A DNA stretch of 64,000 nucleotides, taken from the IMG/VR virus record IMGVR_UViG_3300043446_005562, positions 188,619-252,618 of that record; one strand, 5' to 3'. The position numbers were made by a program, and so were the translations under genes. Below are positions 28,618 through 36,537 of the stretch, in pieces; position 1 is the first letter of the stretch; each line of letters opens with the position of its first letter. A model generated the notes under the pieces. The model did no database searches and was not told the DNA's origin. It was given only the letters and a program-made list of their open reading frames with translations.

Positions 28618-29043
28618 TTAATCGATTAGTGTTTCCATTTTAAAAGTTACAATCCACCTAGCGCAATCTTGAGGTAGTCGATTAATGTGTTTGTAATTAT
28701 TGATGTATCCCATCATGTTTGCAGACCCAATCGCATTTGCTGAATGTACCATCACTTTACAAACTGGGGCTCCATTCATCCATTGCTCTACTAACCACTT
28801 TGTACAATCCATTCCTGTTTTTTCAGTAATGTTGTCGTAGTTAAGAGTGTAGTTATGATACACGTTGGTGTGCCATTCTTTCATGGCTGAGTCACCTAAG
28901 TCGTGATCTAAGCTAATAAGAGCAATGTTCTCTAATCCAATTTCAGTTACCTTAGCTACAAACTCTTCGTAGTTACGTACTACTGTCCAATCTTCTTTAT
29001 TGATTGGAGTTCTTACGTCGTCTAGGTAAATATTGTATTTCAT
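28618..29043 (-). CDS. Cyclic-phosphate-processing receiver-domain protein
   Basis: IYLDDVRTP, ISLDHDLG, TGMDCTKWL and VHSAN motifs; adjacent to an RNA ligase. Confidence 0.75.
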   Translation of the reverse strand: MKYNIYLDDVRTPINKEDWTVVRNYEEFVAKVTEIGLENIALISLDHDLGDSAMKEWHTNVYHNYTLNYDNITEKTGMDCTKWLVEQWMNGAPVCKVMVHSANAIGSANMMGYINNYKHINRLPQDCARWIVTFKMETLID

Positions 29044-29079
29044 GTAGCTATTATACTAAGTTAAATCAGCTAGGGTTTA

Positions 29080-30159
29080 CTAGTCTCCGCCTTTTAGCAA
29101 AAATTTATTTGAGATTACCTTAAACGAAATTGATCTAACCATATTTCGGATTACCAAACCTTCACGCTCCGTACTTTCACACAGGGCAGATTTGCCCTCG
29201 GCGAACTGCAACAGCTCTTCAATTGTATTGGGCAGTAGAAAATGATTATGAAGCATGGGTACCGTTTCAAGGCCCAATTCATTGATCGTTTTTTCCAATT
29301 GGGCTTTAATGTAGTACTGATGTTCGTCGATATCGAAGATATTAAAGAACTTCAGAGTTTGACCCTTCAGCCTGTATGGATTGCCCTGAATTCCTTCACC
29401 GATAATCTCTCCTTGAAAGGAAACATTTTTACCAAGACTACGCATCTTTGTCTCAAGATCCAATTCTCTGGCAACCTTCCACATTGTGTTGTCTTCAGTC
29501 TCAAGCAGCTCAAGATTTCTAGAACAGATGCCAAATTCGCCATCCTTTACGTAGGCTGTGAAAGAGGATCCATCTAGCTTTTCAGTAACATAGAAGGAGG
29601 TTTTTGTGTAGCCCTCATACTCGTTGGTCAAGTTCTGCACTCGCTCTTCATCTGTTTTTGGAATGAACGATGGAAAAAGACCCTTGGCCACACCAGCTAA
29701 TGAAGCCGGTACCGGCGGTTCATACTTAATGATTCCCAAGTGTTTACTTACATCCAATCCTTCTTCAATCACCAGCGCATCATCGTAAGGCCCCAGTTGT
29801 AGCTGCTCTCCCCATGGCTGTTCACTGACTCCAACGACCATTTCCTCAGCACAGTTTAGAGTTTCAAGCGGTAGGACTAGACCTTGCGATACTTGGCCTC
29901 TGAGCTTAATCGTCTTTAATCGAAAGCCTTCAGAGCCGTCCGCTAATTTTCGATAGGAACTCTTACGTAAGAACTCAAACTCCTCCTTTATTGGCAGGAA
30001 CGAGTCAATTTCGCAATAGATGCACAGATCTCCCGGTTTGTACTCGCCCTTTTTGCAAACGACGTTCCAGTTATTGATCTGTACGACTTCAATCACGTCA
30101 GCTCCTTCGATCGGTCTAACGTCTCTGACTCTTTGAATACTTGCTAATTTTCTTTCCAT
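29080..30159 (-). CDS. RNA ligase, DRB0094 family
   Basis: MERKLASIQ OB-like N-terminus, FPSFIPKTDEERVQN, TEKLDGSS, QGEIIG, EREGLV, SFKVISNKFL. Confidence 0.9.
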   Translation of the reverse strand: MERKLASIQRVRDVRPIEGADVIEVVQINNWNVVCKKGEYKPGDLCIYCEIDSFLPIKEEFEFLRKSSYRKLADGSEGFRLKTIKLRGQVSQGLVLPLETLNCAEEMVVGVSEQPWGEQLQLGPYDDALVIEEGLDVSKHLGIIKYEPPVPASLAGVAKGLFPSFIPKTDEERVQNLTNEYEGYTKTSFYVTEKLDGSSFTAYVKDGEFGICSRNLELLETEDNTMWKVARELDLETKMRSLGKNVSFQGEIIGEGIQGNPYRLKGQTLKFFNIFDIDEHQYYIKAQLEKTINELGLETVPMLHNHFLLPNTIEELLQFAEGKSALCESTEREGLVIRNMVRSISFKVISNKFLLKGGD

Positions 30160-30161
30160 TT

Positions 30162-30419
30162 TTATTCTTTGTATATTTCGGCAAGTTTGCGTTCTATTTC
30201 ATAACACTTTTCGGATGGAACTCCATCTGCGTAAAATCTAAATGAATTGAACTTGCTCTTGATTTGACTGAACTTAAAATCCGGTAATTTGCTTAGGCTC
30301 TCAAACTCCGCGTCTAAATACTCAATTACTTCCGGTTTATCTAGTGCAAGCCCATAGTGGCCCTTTTTTAAAAAGGCACCCCACTTTTTGTTAAACTCAT
30401 CAGAGGTTGTAGGTTTCAT
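30162..30419 (-). CDS. Hypothetical protein
   Basis: QIKSKF..FRFY motif. Confidence 0.55.
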   Translation of the reverse strand: MKPTTSDEFNKKWGAFLKKGHYGLALDKPEVIEYLDAEFESLSKLPDFKFSQIKSKFNSFRFYADGVPSEKCYEIERKLAEIYKE

Positions 30420-30445
30420 ATATCGTTTTTAATAATTTAATTGTA

Positions 30446-30706
30446 CTAAAAAGGCAGTGGTCGGGTTTCCCAATCCGAGTAAGAGGTCCATTCGACAAGA
30501 TCGTCAACTTGACCCTCTTCGATCACATGAGCGACCATAATCTCCTGCTTCTCATTCTTTCCGACTGCGACCATTCTGCAGCCTTCACATAGAACAGGCA
30601 TGTAAGTATTTGGTTCAAGGGACTCAGCTATTTTCTGAACGTCTATTTCCGGTTCAAAATCTTCGCCCCACATTTCGGTTGCGCATCGATTACAAAAGTC
30701 TGCCAT
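30446..30706 (-). CDS. Small zinc-binding hypothetical protein
   Basis: FCNRC...LCEGC. Confidence 0.55.
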   Translation of the reverse strand: MADFCNRCATEMWGEDFEPEIDVQKIAESLEPNTYMPVLCEGCRMVAVGKNEKQEIMVAHVIEEGQVDDLVEWTSYSDWETRPLPF

Positions 30707-30707
30707 A

Positions 30708-31211
30708 TTATTGTCTGTTTAAAATTTTAAGAGCGTAGCCGTTGATCATAGGTCTGCCTGTGTTATAACAGCCCAGCACCAGACCCCAATCGCCGTACTT
30801 TTTATAGAGGTTTGAGAGCAGCTTCATTGAGATCTTTACATTTAATTCCAAGTCGTTTAATAGCTGCTTTGAAGTAATTTGTTTGCCCCAAGTTGCGGTT
30901 GCGGTCGGCACCTGAATCTGCATTGCACCGTAGGCATGAGCTGAAGACACAAGTTTTGGATTGTATCCCCAGTCGAATGGGCCGTGATAGCCGCTTTCAG
31001 TTTCAGCAACGCCCATCGCAATGTTGAAGGGTACGTTGTACTGCTTTGAGTAGGTCTGCAGATAATCGTACAGCCTAATACAAGGTGGCGCTTTTTTTAG
31101 TGAAACTTTGGAGAGATCTAGGGTTCTATCCCCGTGCTTAGCTGTTTCGTAAGACCAGGCTGCGCCAAATAATAACAGCACTCCAAAGATTAGAGTTGAT
31201 CTTAGTGACAT
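30708..31211 (-). CDS. Lytic transglycosylase (SLT domain) with signal/anchor
   Basis: AETESG, AYGAMQI, YNTG. Confidence 0.85.
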   Translation of the reverse strand: MSLRSTLIFGVLLLFGAAWSYETAKHGDRTLDLSKVSLKKAPPCIRLYDYLQTYSKQYNVPFNIAMGVAETESGYHGPFDWGYNPKLVSSAHAYGAMQIQVPTATATWGKQITSKQLLNDLELNVKISMKLLSNLYKKYGDWGLVLGCYNTGRPMINGYALKILNRQ

Positions 31212-31534
31212 TACTTCGCGATTTGGTCATACTTCCTAGAAGCATAAAGGTTAAAAATCATTAGTCCTACCGAATCTTGATACACGGTGTAGGTACCGTC
31301 CGCTCTATCGATTACAAGAAGTTCATTGCGCTCGTTGATCGCAACTGAGGTTGTGGATAGAGGTTTTGTATTCTTAAGTGGGGATTTCTTTGCGTGACTC
31401 ATCATTACCCAATAGTAATAGCCAATAAAGAATCCAGTTATCATTGCGACCGCAACAATAAGCAGATTACCAAGTTTCTTTGCAAAGACGTTTAAACGAG
31501 CCAATGCATTCGTGATCATGAGTTTCTTGTCCAT
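31211..31534 (-). CDS. Membrane protein
   Basis: Single TM helix; coupled to the SLT gene. Confidence 0.55.
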   Translation of the reverse strand: MDKKLMITNALARLNVFAKKLGNLLIVAVAMITGFFIGYYYWVMMSHAKKSPLKNTKPLSTTSVAINERNELLVIDRADGTYTVYQDSVGLMIFNLYASRKYDQIAK

Positions 31535-31590
31535 AACTTTGTTTTATAGGTTTAAAACTATTATACTAAAAAATGGGGCGAGCGGTCTTT

Positions 31591-31971
31591 TTAGTATTCT
31601 TTTGGACTTTCGATGTCCTTTAAGTCTGGAAATTTAGTGTACAGTTTATGATAGATTCTGTCAAATCTGCGATCCTGATCCCGTTGAAATCGATCGCCCG
31701 CTTCAAATACATTGCGCTGAATGTTTGATTGTTCTTCTCGAATGGATCTAAATTCCCATTCAAGATTCTTTCGAATCTCTTCAGTGTTCTCTTCCAATCT
31801 TCGATAAAGATCTTCCCGAACTGAATGAAGTGTGTTAGCAAGACCTGTTAGATCATTACTTAATTGATTGTTGATTGCTTGTGCCTTACGTAACCCCAAC
31901 CCAATCCATCCAAGATAGATTACGGCCAAAGTGCCTAGTACGCTCAACACGACAGTTGAAATTATTGTCAT
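31591..31971 (-). CDS. N-terminal TM plus coiled-coil protein
   Basis: Hydrophobic N-terminus, heptad-rich body; bracketed by a 10-bp inverted repeat. Confidence 0.6.
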   Translation of the reverse strand: MTIISTVVLSVLGTLAVIYLGWIGLGLRKAQAINNQLSNDLTGLANTLHSVREDLYRRLEENTEEIRKNLEWEFRSIREEQSNIQRNVFEAGDRFQRDQDRRFDRIYHKLYTKFPDLKDIESPKEY

Positions 31972-32033
31972 ATATTTAGGGTGTTTTTAGTGCTCGCCCC
32001 AAATATTTTACTCTATCGTAAACTTAGGTTTTG

Positions 32034-32888
32034 TTAAAAGCCGTTGGTTGAAGTGTTATAAAAAACTTTACCAGTCACGTCGGTCGTCTTGGTGATGGTC
32101 GGCGTTGAATAGTTAAAGGTTAATACATCACCGCCTGTGTTCTCTCCGAATTGAATTCTAATTGGATAATAAGTGCCGGACGTTAAAGCAACTGAGCCGG
32201 ATCTTTCAACCGTTCCATGGAGTCCTCCATTATTCACAGTTGCATTGCCTGTGGTAAAGCCGCTAATTGCATTACTTCCAACCCAAACATAGGAAGCATC
32301 ATCGCTTGATGTGTAAAAGGTATAGGTTTCAGTCGTAGTTGGTTTAAAATAACCCAACCATTGACAACTAAATACTTCTCCATCATTTGAGGATGGTTCG
32401 GAAATCACTGTAGTTTGAACTGATGTTGCCGGGTTAGCACCGAATGTCGTTGGCGTAGCGGTCGCAAAAAAGCTTACGTTATCACTAAAATATCCAGAAT
32501 AGGTTGTTTTGTAGAGACCCGCTGCATACGGTACAAATGTTGTAAAATAATTATTGGTATTCAACCAATCATACGCCAATTGAGCTGTTGCAAAGGGTCC
32601 ACTTGCGCCAGCAACAGCATTTGCAATACTTAAAAAACTTGCATCTGTCAAGCTACTCGATCTCCAAAAACCAACGGTTCCGTTGTTCAGGCCGTTTGGT
32701 GTGGGCTGATTTGCTGCAGCAACGTCCTTTGCGATAATATAGCCCAGTGATTCGTCTGGACCCATCCACCAGGTAAGACCGGTCGCGCCAAAGCCGGCGC
32801 TTGGGGTACCGTATGCCAGGTTTCCAAGCTGGGTTGTTCCGCCGATTGCGGCGCCAGTATTACGAGTGAAGGGTCGTGATGTTGCCAT
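32034..32888 (-). CDS. PA14-domain (carbohydrate-binding) putative virion protein
   Basis: FSCQWLGYFKP...YTFYTSSDDAS...NNGGLHG...YYPIRIQFGE; late-promoter-like AATAAATA at 32911-32918. Confidence 0.8.
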   Translation of the reverse strand: MATSRPFTRNTGAAIGGTTQLGNLAYGTPSAGFGATGLTWWMGPDESLGYIIAKDVAAANQPTPNGLNNGTVGFWRSSSLTDASFLSIANAVAGASGPFATAQLAYDWLNTNNYFTTFVPYAAGLYKTTYSGYFSDNVSFFATATPTTFGANPATSVQTTVISEPSSNDGEVFSCQWLGYFKPTTTETYTFYTSSDDASYVWVGSNAISGFTTGNATVNNGGLHGTVERSGSVALTSGTYYPIRIQFGENTGGDVLTFNYSTPTITKTTDVTGKVFYNTSTNGF

Positions 32889-32913
32889 CCAGTAACTAGA
32901 TCTTTCTAGTTAT

Positions 32914-34005
32914 TTATTCTTCTTGATTCCAGAAAGGTTTTTGATAATCTGGTCGAATCTGCTTCCAGATCTGCTGACTGGGATCCCGACCGTTCAGCAA
33001 GCAGAATAGGGTGCTCCAAGCGGTTTGCGGAACATTTTCTTGAATCCACAAGGCCTCGTCCTTTCTGGTCTTGAAACCCTGTTCAGATAATTGATTTAGA
33101 TAATTTTGCGCAGACCTCATTCGCATGACATGTGCAACTTTTAGGGCAGCCTCCCACTGTCTAACCCATGCATCAAATTCATCGGGCACCATCTCTAAAA
33201 ATTGATCAAGTTCTTCGCCCCGGCTCAGGTGCTCCCAAATATCGACATTAGAAAAATTGGTCAAGAGCCGGTGCAATCGAACGTATTCTTCGAATTTAAT
33301 CTTCATTCTAAAATTTCCGGGCTGGAATCTTAGAACAAAACCTTCAGCCTTTCTAGTATTCATGGCCTTTAGGCTTTCATAGAGTTCAGGACTAAAATTA
33401 AAATGTTGCTCAGTTTTTACCAGATCAGATTTGCTAATTCCGTTTGACCTAAAAAAAGCGCACGCGGTTGTCCAGTGCAATTCAGTACCCTCAGAGATGG
33501 CGCTCAGAAAAACCACCCTGGGCTTGGAACCGTAATCAACAACTATACGATTCTTGGGATAGATGATTTCGCACAAGTAGGTTACTCGACGCTCAAATTG
33601 ACGTAGTCCAAAATATTTCTCTTTTAGAATTTTTAAACCCTCAACTGCCTGATCCGAATGAAATGAACCTCGAGTGGCCATGTGCCAGGCGTCAGCATAA
33701 TAGAATAGAATTCCCAATGAGCCGTCCATTTTTTGCTGCACATAAACGTAATCACCTTTGACTGGAATTTGACCAGTCTGCGCAGCCTCCTCGTAATTAA
33801 AGAATTTATTGAAACCCCTAGCCACAATCTCGCCTGAATCATCCATGATGAGACCTCGACACTGTAGAGTCACTTCATCCCATGCCGAATCGTATTGGCA
33901 TTTTCTAGAGTAATTGTAAATTGTCAACGGTAATTTGTTATGCCGATTGGCAACGACCAATCCACGGTTGACGTAATCCTTTAAGATAGTTTGAGTTAGG
34001 GTCAT
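32914..34005 (-). CDS. RNA ligase 1 (T4 RnlA-like)
   Basis: CRGLI, FNKFFNY, KMDGSLG, ATRGSF, NRIVVDY, EGFV, KIKFEEY. Confidence 0.9.
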   Translation of the reverse strand: MTLTQTILKDYVNRGLVVANRHNKLPLTIYNYSRKCQYDSAWDEVTLQCRGLIMDDSGEIVARGFNKFFNYEEAAQTGQIPVKGDYVYVQQKMDGSLGILFYYADAWHMATRGSFHSDQAVEGLKILKEKYFGLRQFERRVTYLCEIIYPKNRIVVDYGSKPRVVFLSAISEGTELHWTTACAFFRSNGISKSDLVKTEQHFNFSPELYESLKAMNTRKAEGFVLRFQPGNFRMKIKFEEYVRLHRLLTNFSNVDIWEHLSRGEELDQFLEMVPDEFDAWVRQWEAALKVAHVMRMRSAQNYLNQLSEQGFKTRKDEALWIQENVPQTAWSTLFCLLNGRDPSQQIWKQIRPDYQKPFWNQEE

Positions 34006-34410
34006 TTATAATTTAATTTCAAAACGAGCTCTCATCTGCTCTACTTTTTCAGCCGGCACTCCATGAGAATTAATGCCACCGTGCCTATTTTCAACAATGA
34101 TTGAGAAAACTCGATAGTTCCATTCCTTTGCTAAATCGTAATAGGCTTGCATTTCCCACTCTTGAGTAAATGTATTCGAGACCACAATCACGGAATTTTG
34201 ACCGGTTGTGTGATTTAGTATCATGGCGGTTTCCACATCACCATAACACCACTGATGAGCCTCCTTTAATTTAGAGGCATCGAATCGATATTCGCTATTC
34301 TCATCCAAGAAAAATCTGTCTGTTTCAAAATGAGAACCTCCAAGCTCTTTAGCTAGTGTTGATTTGCCCGCACCCGGCAAACCTCGTAAAAGAAATAGTG
34401 TCTTTGTCAT
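34006..34410 (-). CDS. P-loop kinase (polynucleotide-kinase-like, AAA_33)
   Basis: LRGLPGAGKST, VSNTF, HGVP...MRARFE; abuts Rnl1. Confidence 0.8.
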   Translation of the reverse strand: MTKTLFLLRGLPGAGKSTLAKELGGSHFETDRFFLDENSEYRFDASKLKEAHQWCYGDVETAMILNHTTGQNSVIVVSNTFTQEWEMQAYYDLAKEWNYRVFSIIVENRHGGINSHGVPAEKVEQMRARFEIKL

Positions 34411-34441
34411 GCTATTTTAGTTAATGATATTATACTAAAAG

Positions 34442-34523
34442 TGGGAGTAGGTGGACTCGAACCACCGAACTCAGAAGAGGAGGGATTTACAGTCCCTTGC
34501 AATTGCCGCTATGCGATACTCCC
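34442..34523 (-). tRNA. tRNA-Tyr(GTA)
   Basis: AGGGA-ctgtaaa-TCCCT; long variable arm. Confidence 0.95.
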
Positions 34524-34663
34524 AAAATAAGGAAAGGGGAAGATGGTTGTGTGGACGACCCCTTTTACGATTGGCTTTACTCTGCTAATGATCTGCCAAC
34601 TCCGATGCTGCCAGTCGACCATTAGTCTCAAACTATTGACAGCTCATTCCCCAATCAACCTTG

Positions 34664-34738
34664 TCGGGGTGGCAGGATTCGAACCTACGACCTCCTGCTC
34701 CCAAAGCAGGCGCGATAACCGGACTACGCTACACCCCG
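34664..34738 (-). tRNA. tRNA-Pro(TGG)
   Basis: CCTGC-tttggga-GCAGG. Confidence 0.95.
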
Positions 34739-34820
34739 AAAATCAATACGCTTTCGCCCCCTGTATGGCGTATTACTGATGCTTAAGGTCGGCCTTAACC
34801 GTTAAGGGAGCCACCAGTTG

Positions 34821-34893
34821 AGCGGATGGCGAGAATCGAACTCGCATCTCCAGCTTGGAAGGCTGGAGTAATAAGCCATTATACGACATCCGC
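34821..34893 (-). tRNA. tRNA-Gly(TCC)
   Basis: CCAGC-cttccaa-GCTGG. Confidence 0.95.
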
Positions 34894-34900
34894 TTATTTG

Positions 34901-34973
34901 AGCGGGAGACCGGGTTCGAACCGGCGACCTCAACCTTGGCAAGGTTGCGCTCTACCAACTGAGCTACTCCCGC
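34901..34973 (-). tRNA. tRNA-Gly(GCC)
   Basis: CAACC-ttgccaa-GGTTG. Confidence 0.95.
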
Positions 34974-35160
34974 AATTGGGTAGGATCAGACGTGTTCTGC
35001 CTACTAGGCAGGTCTGCCTACCGAGACCTCGTCGTTAACTTTCGTCAGAGCGTACCGAGACACCATTTGTTTTTCGACTTGAGGTAGTCACGGCCGCCTC
35101 TGGTCCTCTCAAGTCTATTTCGTATCGTGGCAAGATGCGGCTCGACCCTGATACGCTGTG

Positions 35161-35233
35161 AGCCTCCTGCCGGGATCGAACCAGCGACCTACTGATTACA
35201 AATCAGTTGCTCTACCAGCTGAGCTAAGGAGGC
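35161..35233 (-). tRNA. tRNA-Thr(TGT)
   Basis: ACTGA-tttgtaa-TCAGT. Confidence 0.95.
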
Positions 35234-35316
35234 AAGATGAACCGTCACAGTGGTTCAGTCTGGTCATTTTCTTCTTCAGTCATCGGTAAACCGCGACCTT
35301 CTGACGGTGACATCCA

Positions 35317-35393
35317 TGGTGGACCGTGAGAGACTCGAACTCTCGACCCCCTGCGTGCAAGGCAGGTGCTCTAGCCAACTGAGCTAACAGCCC
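35317..35393 (-). tRNA. tRNA-Ala(TGC)
   Basis: CCTGC-cttgcac-GCAGG; G3:U70; CCA. Confidence 0.95.
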
Positions 35394-35399
35394 ATTTTG

Positions 35400-35471
35400 T
35401 AGCCCGTACGAGAATCGAACTCGTCTCTCATCCGTGAAAGGGATGCGTCCTAACCGATAGACTAACGGGCC
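35400..35471 (-). tRNA. tRNA-Glu(TTC)
   Basis: CATCC-ctttcac-GGATG. Confidence 0.95.
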
Positions 35472-35593
35472 AAATAAAAACATAATACTACTTTAATAGC
35501 GCTTACCCAATTTTACAACAGAGCGCGTTACCTTGCTAGACCGTTATTGGGCAACGACTTCTAACAATCCTACCTACCCATATTATGTTTTTG

Positions 35594-35665
35594 CGGTCCC
35601 ACCGGGAATCGAACCCGGCACTTTGCCGTGACAGGGCAATATTATAGCCGATTAACTATGAGACC
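35594..35665 (-). tRNA. tRNA-Asp(GTC)
   Basis: TTGCC-ctgtcac-GGCAA. Confidence 0.95.
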
Positions 35666-35864
35666 TTTTGCTCCTTATAAATCCTTCCCGTGCACAGAAC
35701 AAGAAACTGGGGAGACGTTGTTTCTACTTTTATGAAAGGCTTGGGTACCCTCTCCCACCGTTTCGCAGGTTGAAGCGTCCATCTCCACGCCGTCCCTGTG
35801 GAACTACAGTGGCTGGTTGTTGCGGCATGCTGCGCTGTGATGGAACATTCGCACAAGCATTGAC

Positions 35865-35939
35865 TGGTTGCGGGTGCTGGAATCGAACCAGCGATCTTTG
35901 GGTTATGAGCCCAACGAGTTACCATTTCTCCGACCCGCG
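35865..35939 (-). tRNA. Initiator tRNA-fMet(CAT)
   Basis: C1:A72 mismatch, three G:C pairs in the anticodon stem, CCA. Confidence 0.9.
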
Positions 35940-35944
35940 ATGTG

Positions 35945-36015
35945 TTGTCCCGCAAGGATTCGAACCTCAATTCTCTGGACCAAAACCAGATGTGCTGCCG
36001 TTACACCACAGGACA
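35945..36015 (-). tRNA. tRNA-Gln(TTG)
   Basis: TCTGG-ttttggt-CCAGA. Confidence 0.95.
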
Positions 36016-36027
36016 ATTTACTATCTC

Positions 36028-36043
36028 CAATACGTCAAAGAAC
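36028..36043 (-). promoter_or_regulatory. boxA-like antitermination element
   Basis: GTTCTTTGACGTATTG downstream of an internal TATAAT (about 36065-36070). Confidence 0.55.
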
Positions 36044-36086
36044 CTAATTCTCTTTGTATAGAATATTATACTATATTCCAGAGATC

Positions 36087-36160
36087 TGGCACGAGTGGAG
36101 AGATTCGAACTCCCATCAACGGTTTTGGAGACCGGTATGCTACCATTGCACCACACACGT
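36087..36160 (-). tRNA. tRNA-Trp(CCA)
   Basis: CGGT-ctccaaa-ACCG; CCA end. Confidence 0.9.
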
Positions 36161-36164
36161 ATTT

Positions 36165-36241
36165 TGGTTGGAATAGTAGGATTTGAACCTACGACCTCAT
36201 GAGTATCAGTCATGCGCTCTAACCAACTGAGCTATATTCCA
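36165..36241 (-). tRNA. tRNA-Ile(GAT)
   Basis: CATGA-ctgatac-TCATG; CCA end. Confidence 0.9.
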
Positions 36242-36244
36242 ATT

Positions 36245-36320
36245 TGGTGGTGCGGGGCAGGATCGAACTGCCGACACCAGGATTTTCAGTCCTGTGCTCT
36301 ACCGTCTGAGCTACCGCACC
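36245..36320 (-). tRNA. tRNA-Phe(GAA)
   Basis: CAGGA-ctgaaaa-TCCTG; CCA end. Confidence 0.95.
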
Positions 36321-36324
36321 GGGT

Positions 36325-36360
36325 AAAACAAAAAACCTCGAATTTTTTAGGTTCGAGGTT
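36325..36360 (-). terminator. Intrinsic terminator immediately upstream of tRNA-Phe (attenuator terminator)
   Basis: AACCTCGAA-cctaaaaaa-TTCGAGGTT then TTTTGTTTT. Confidence 0.8.
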
Positions 36361-36384
36361 CAGTGTTTCGTAGTTAATATTTCC

Positions 36385-36516
36385 TTAACTTAATCCGCTT
36401 GAACCTCGCAATGCCCCAAAATCTTTAATCGCTTCCGTTGCATTCACAGTAATTGTGCCTGCCGGATACTGATTCCAGTTTTGAGAAATTTTTGATGTGT
36501 TCGCGTAGTTTTGCAC
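36385..36516 (-). CDS. Putative leader peptide of the 13-tRNA operon
   Basis: GTG start after an A-rich leader; MQNYANTSKISQNWNQYPAGTITVNATEAIKDFGALRGSSGLS; contains the antiterminator strand CGAGGTTCA. Confidence 0.7.
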   Translation of the reverse strand: MQNYANTSKISQNWNQYPAGTITVNATEAIKDFGALRGSSGLS

Positions 36517-36537
36517 GGTTTAAGTTTTTTGTCTAGT

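Noticed and set aside
34543-36213. ORF-track entries over the tRNA arrays (e.g. 35668-36186, 35656-35970; also 22636-22920)
   Set aside because: They overlap clear tRNA cloverleaves and are shadow ORFs.
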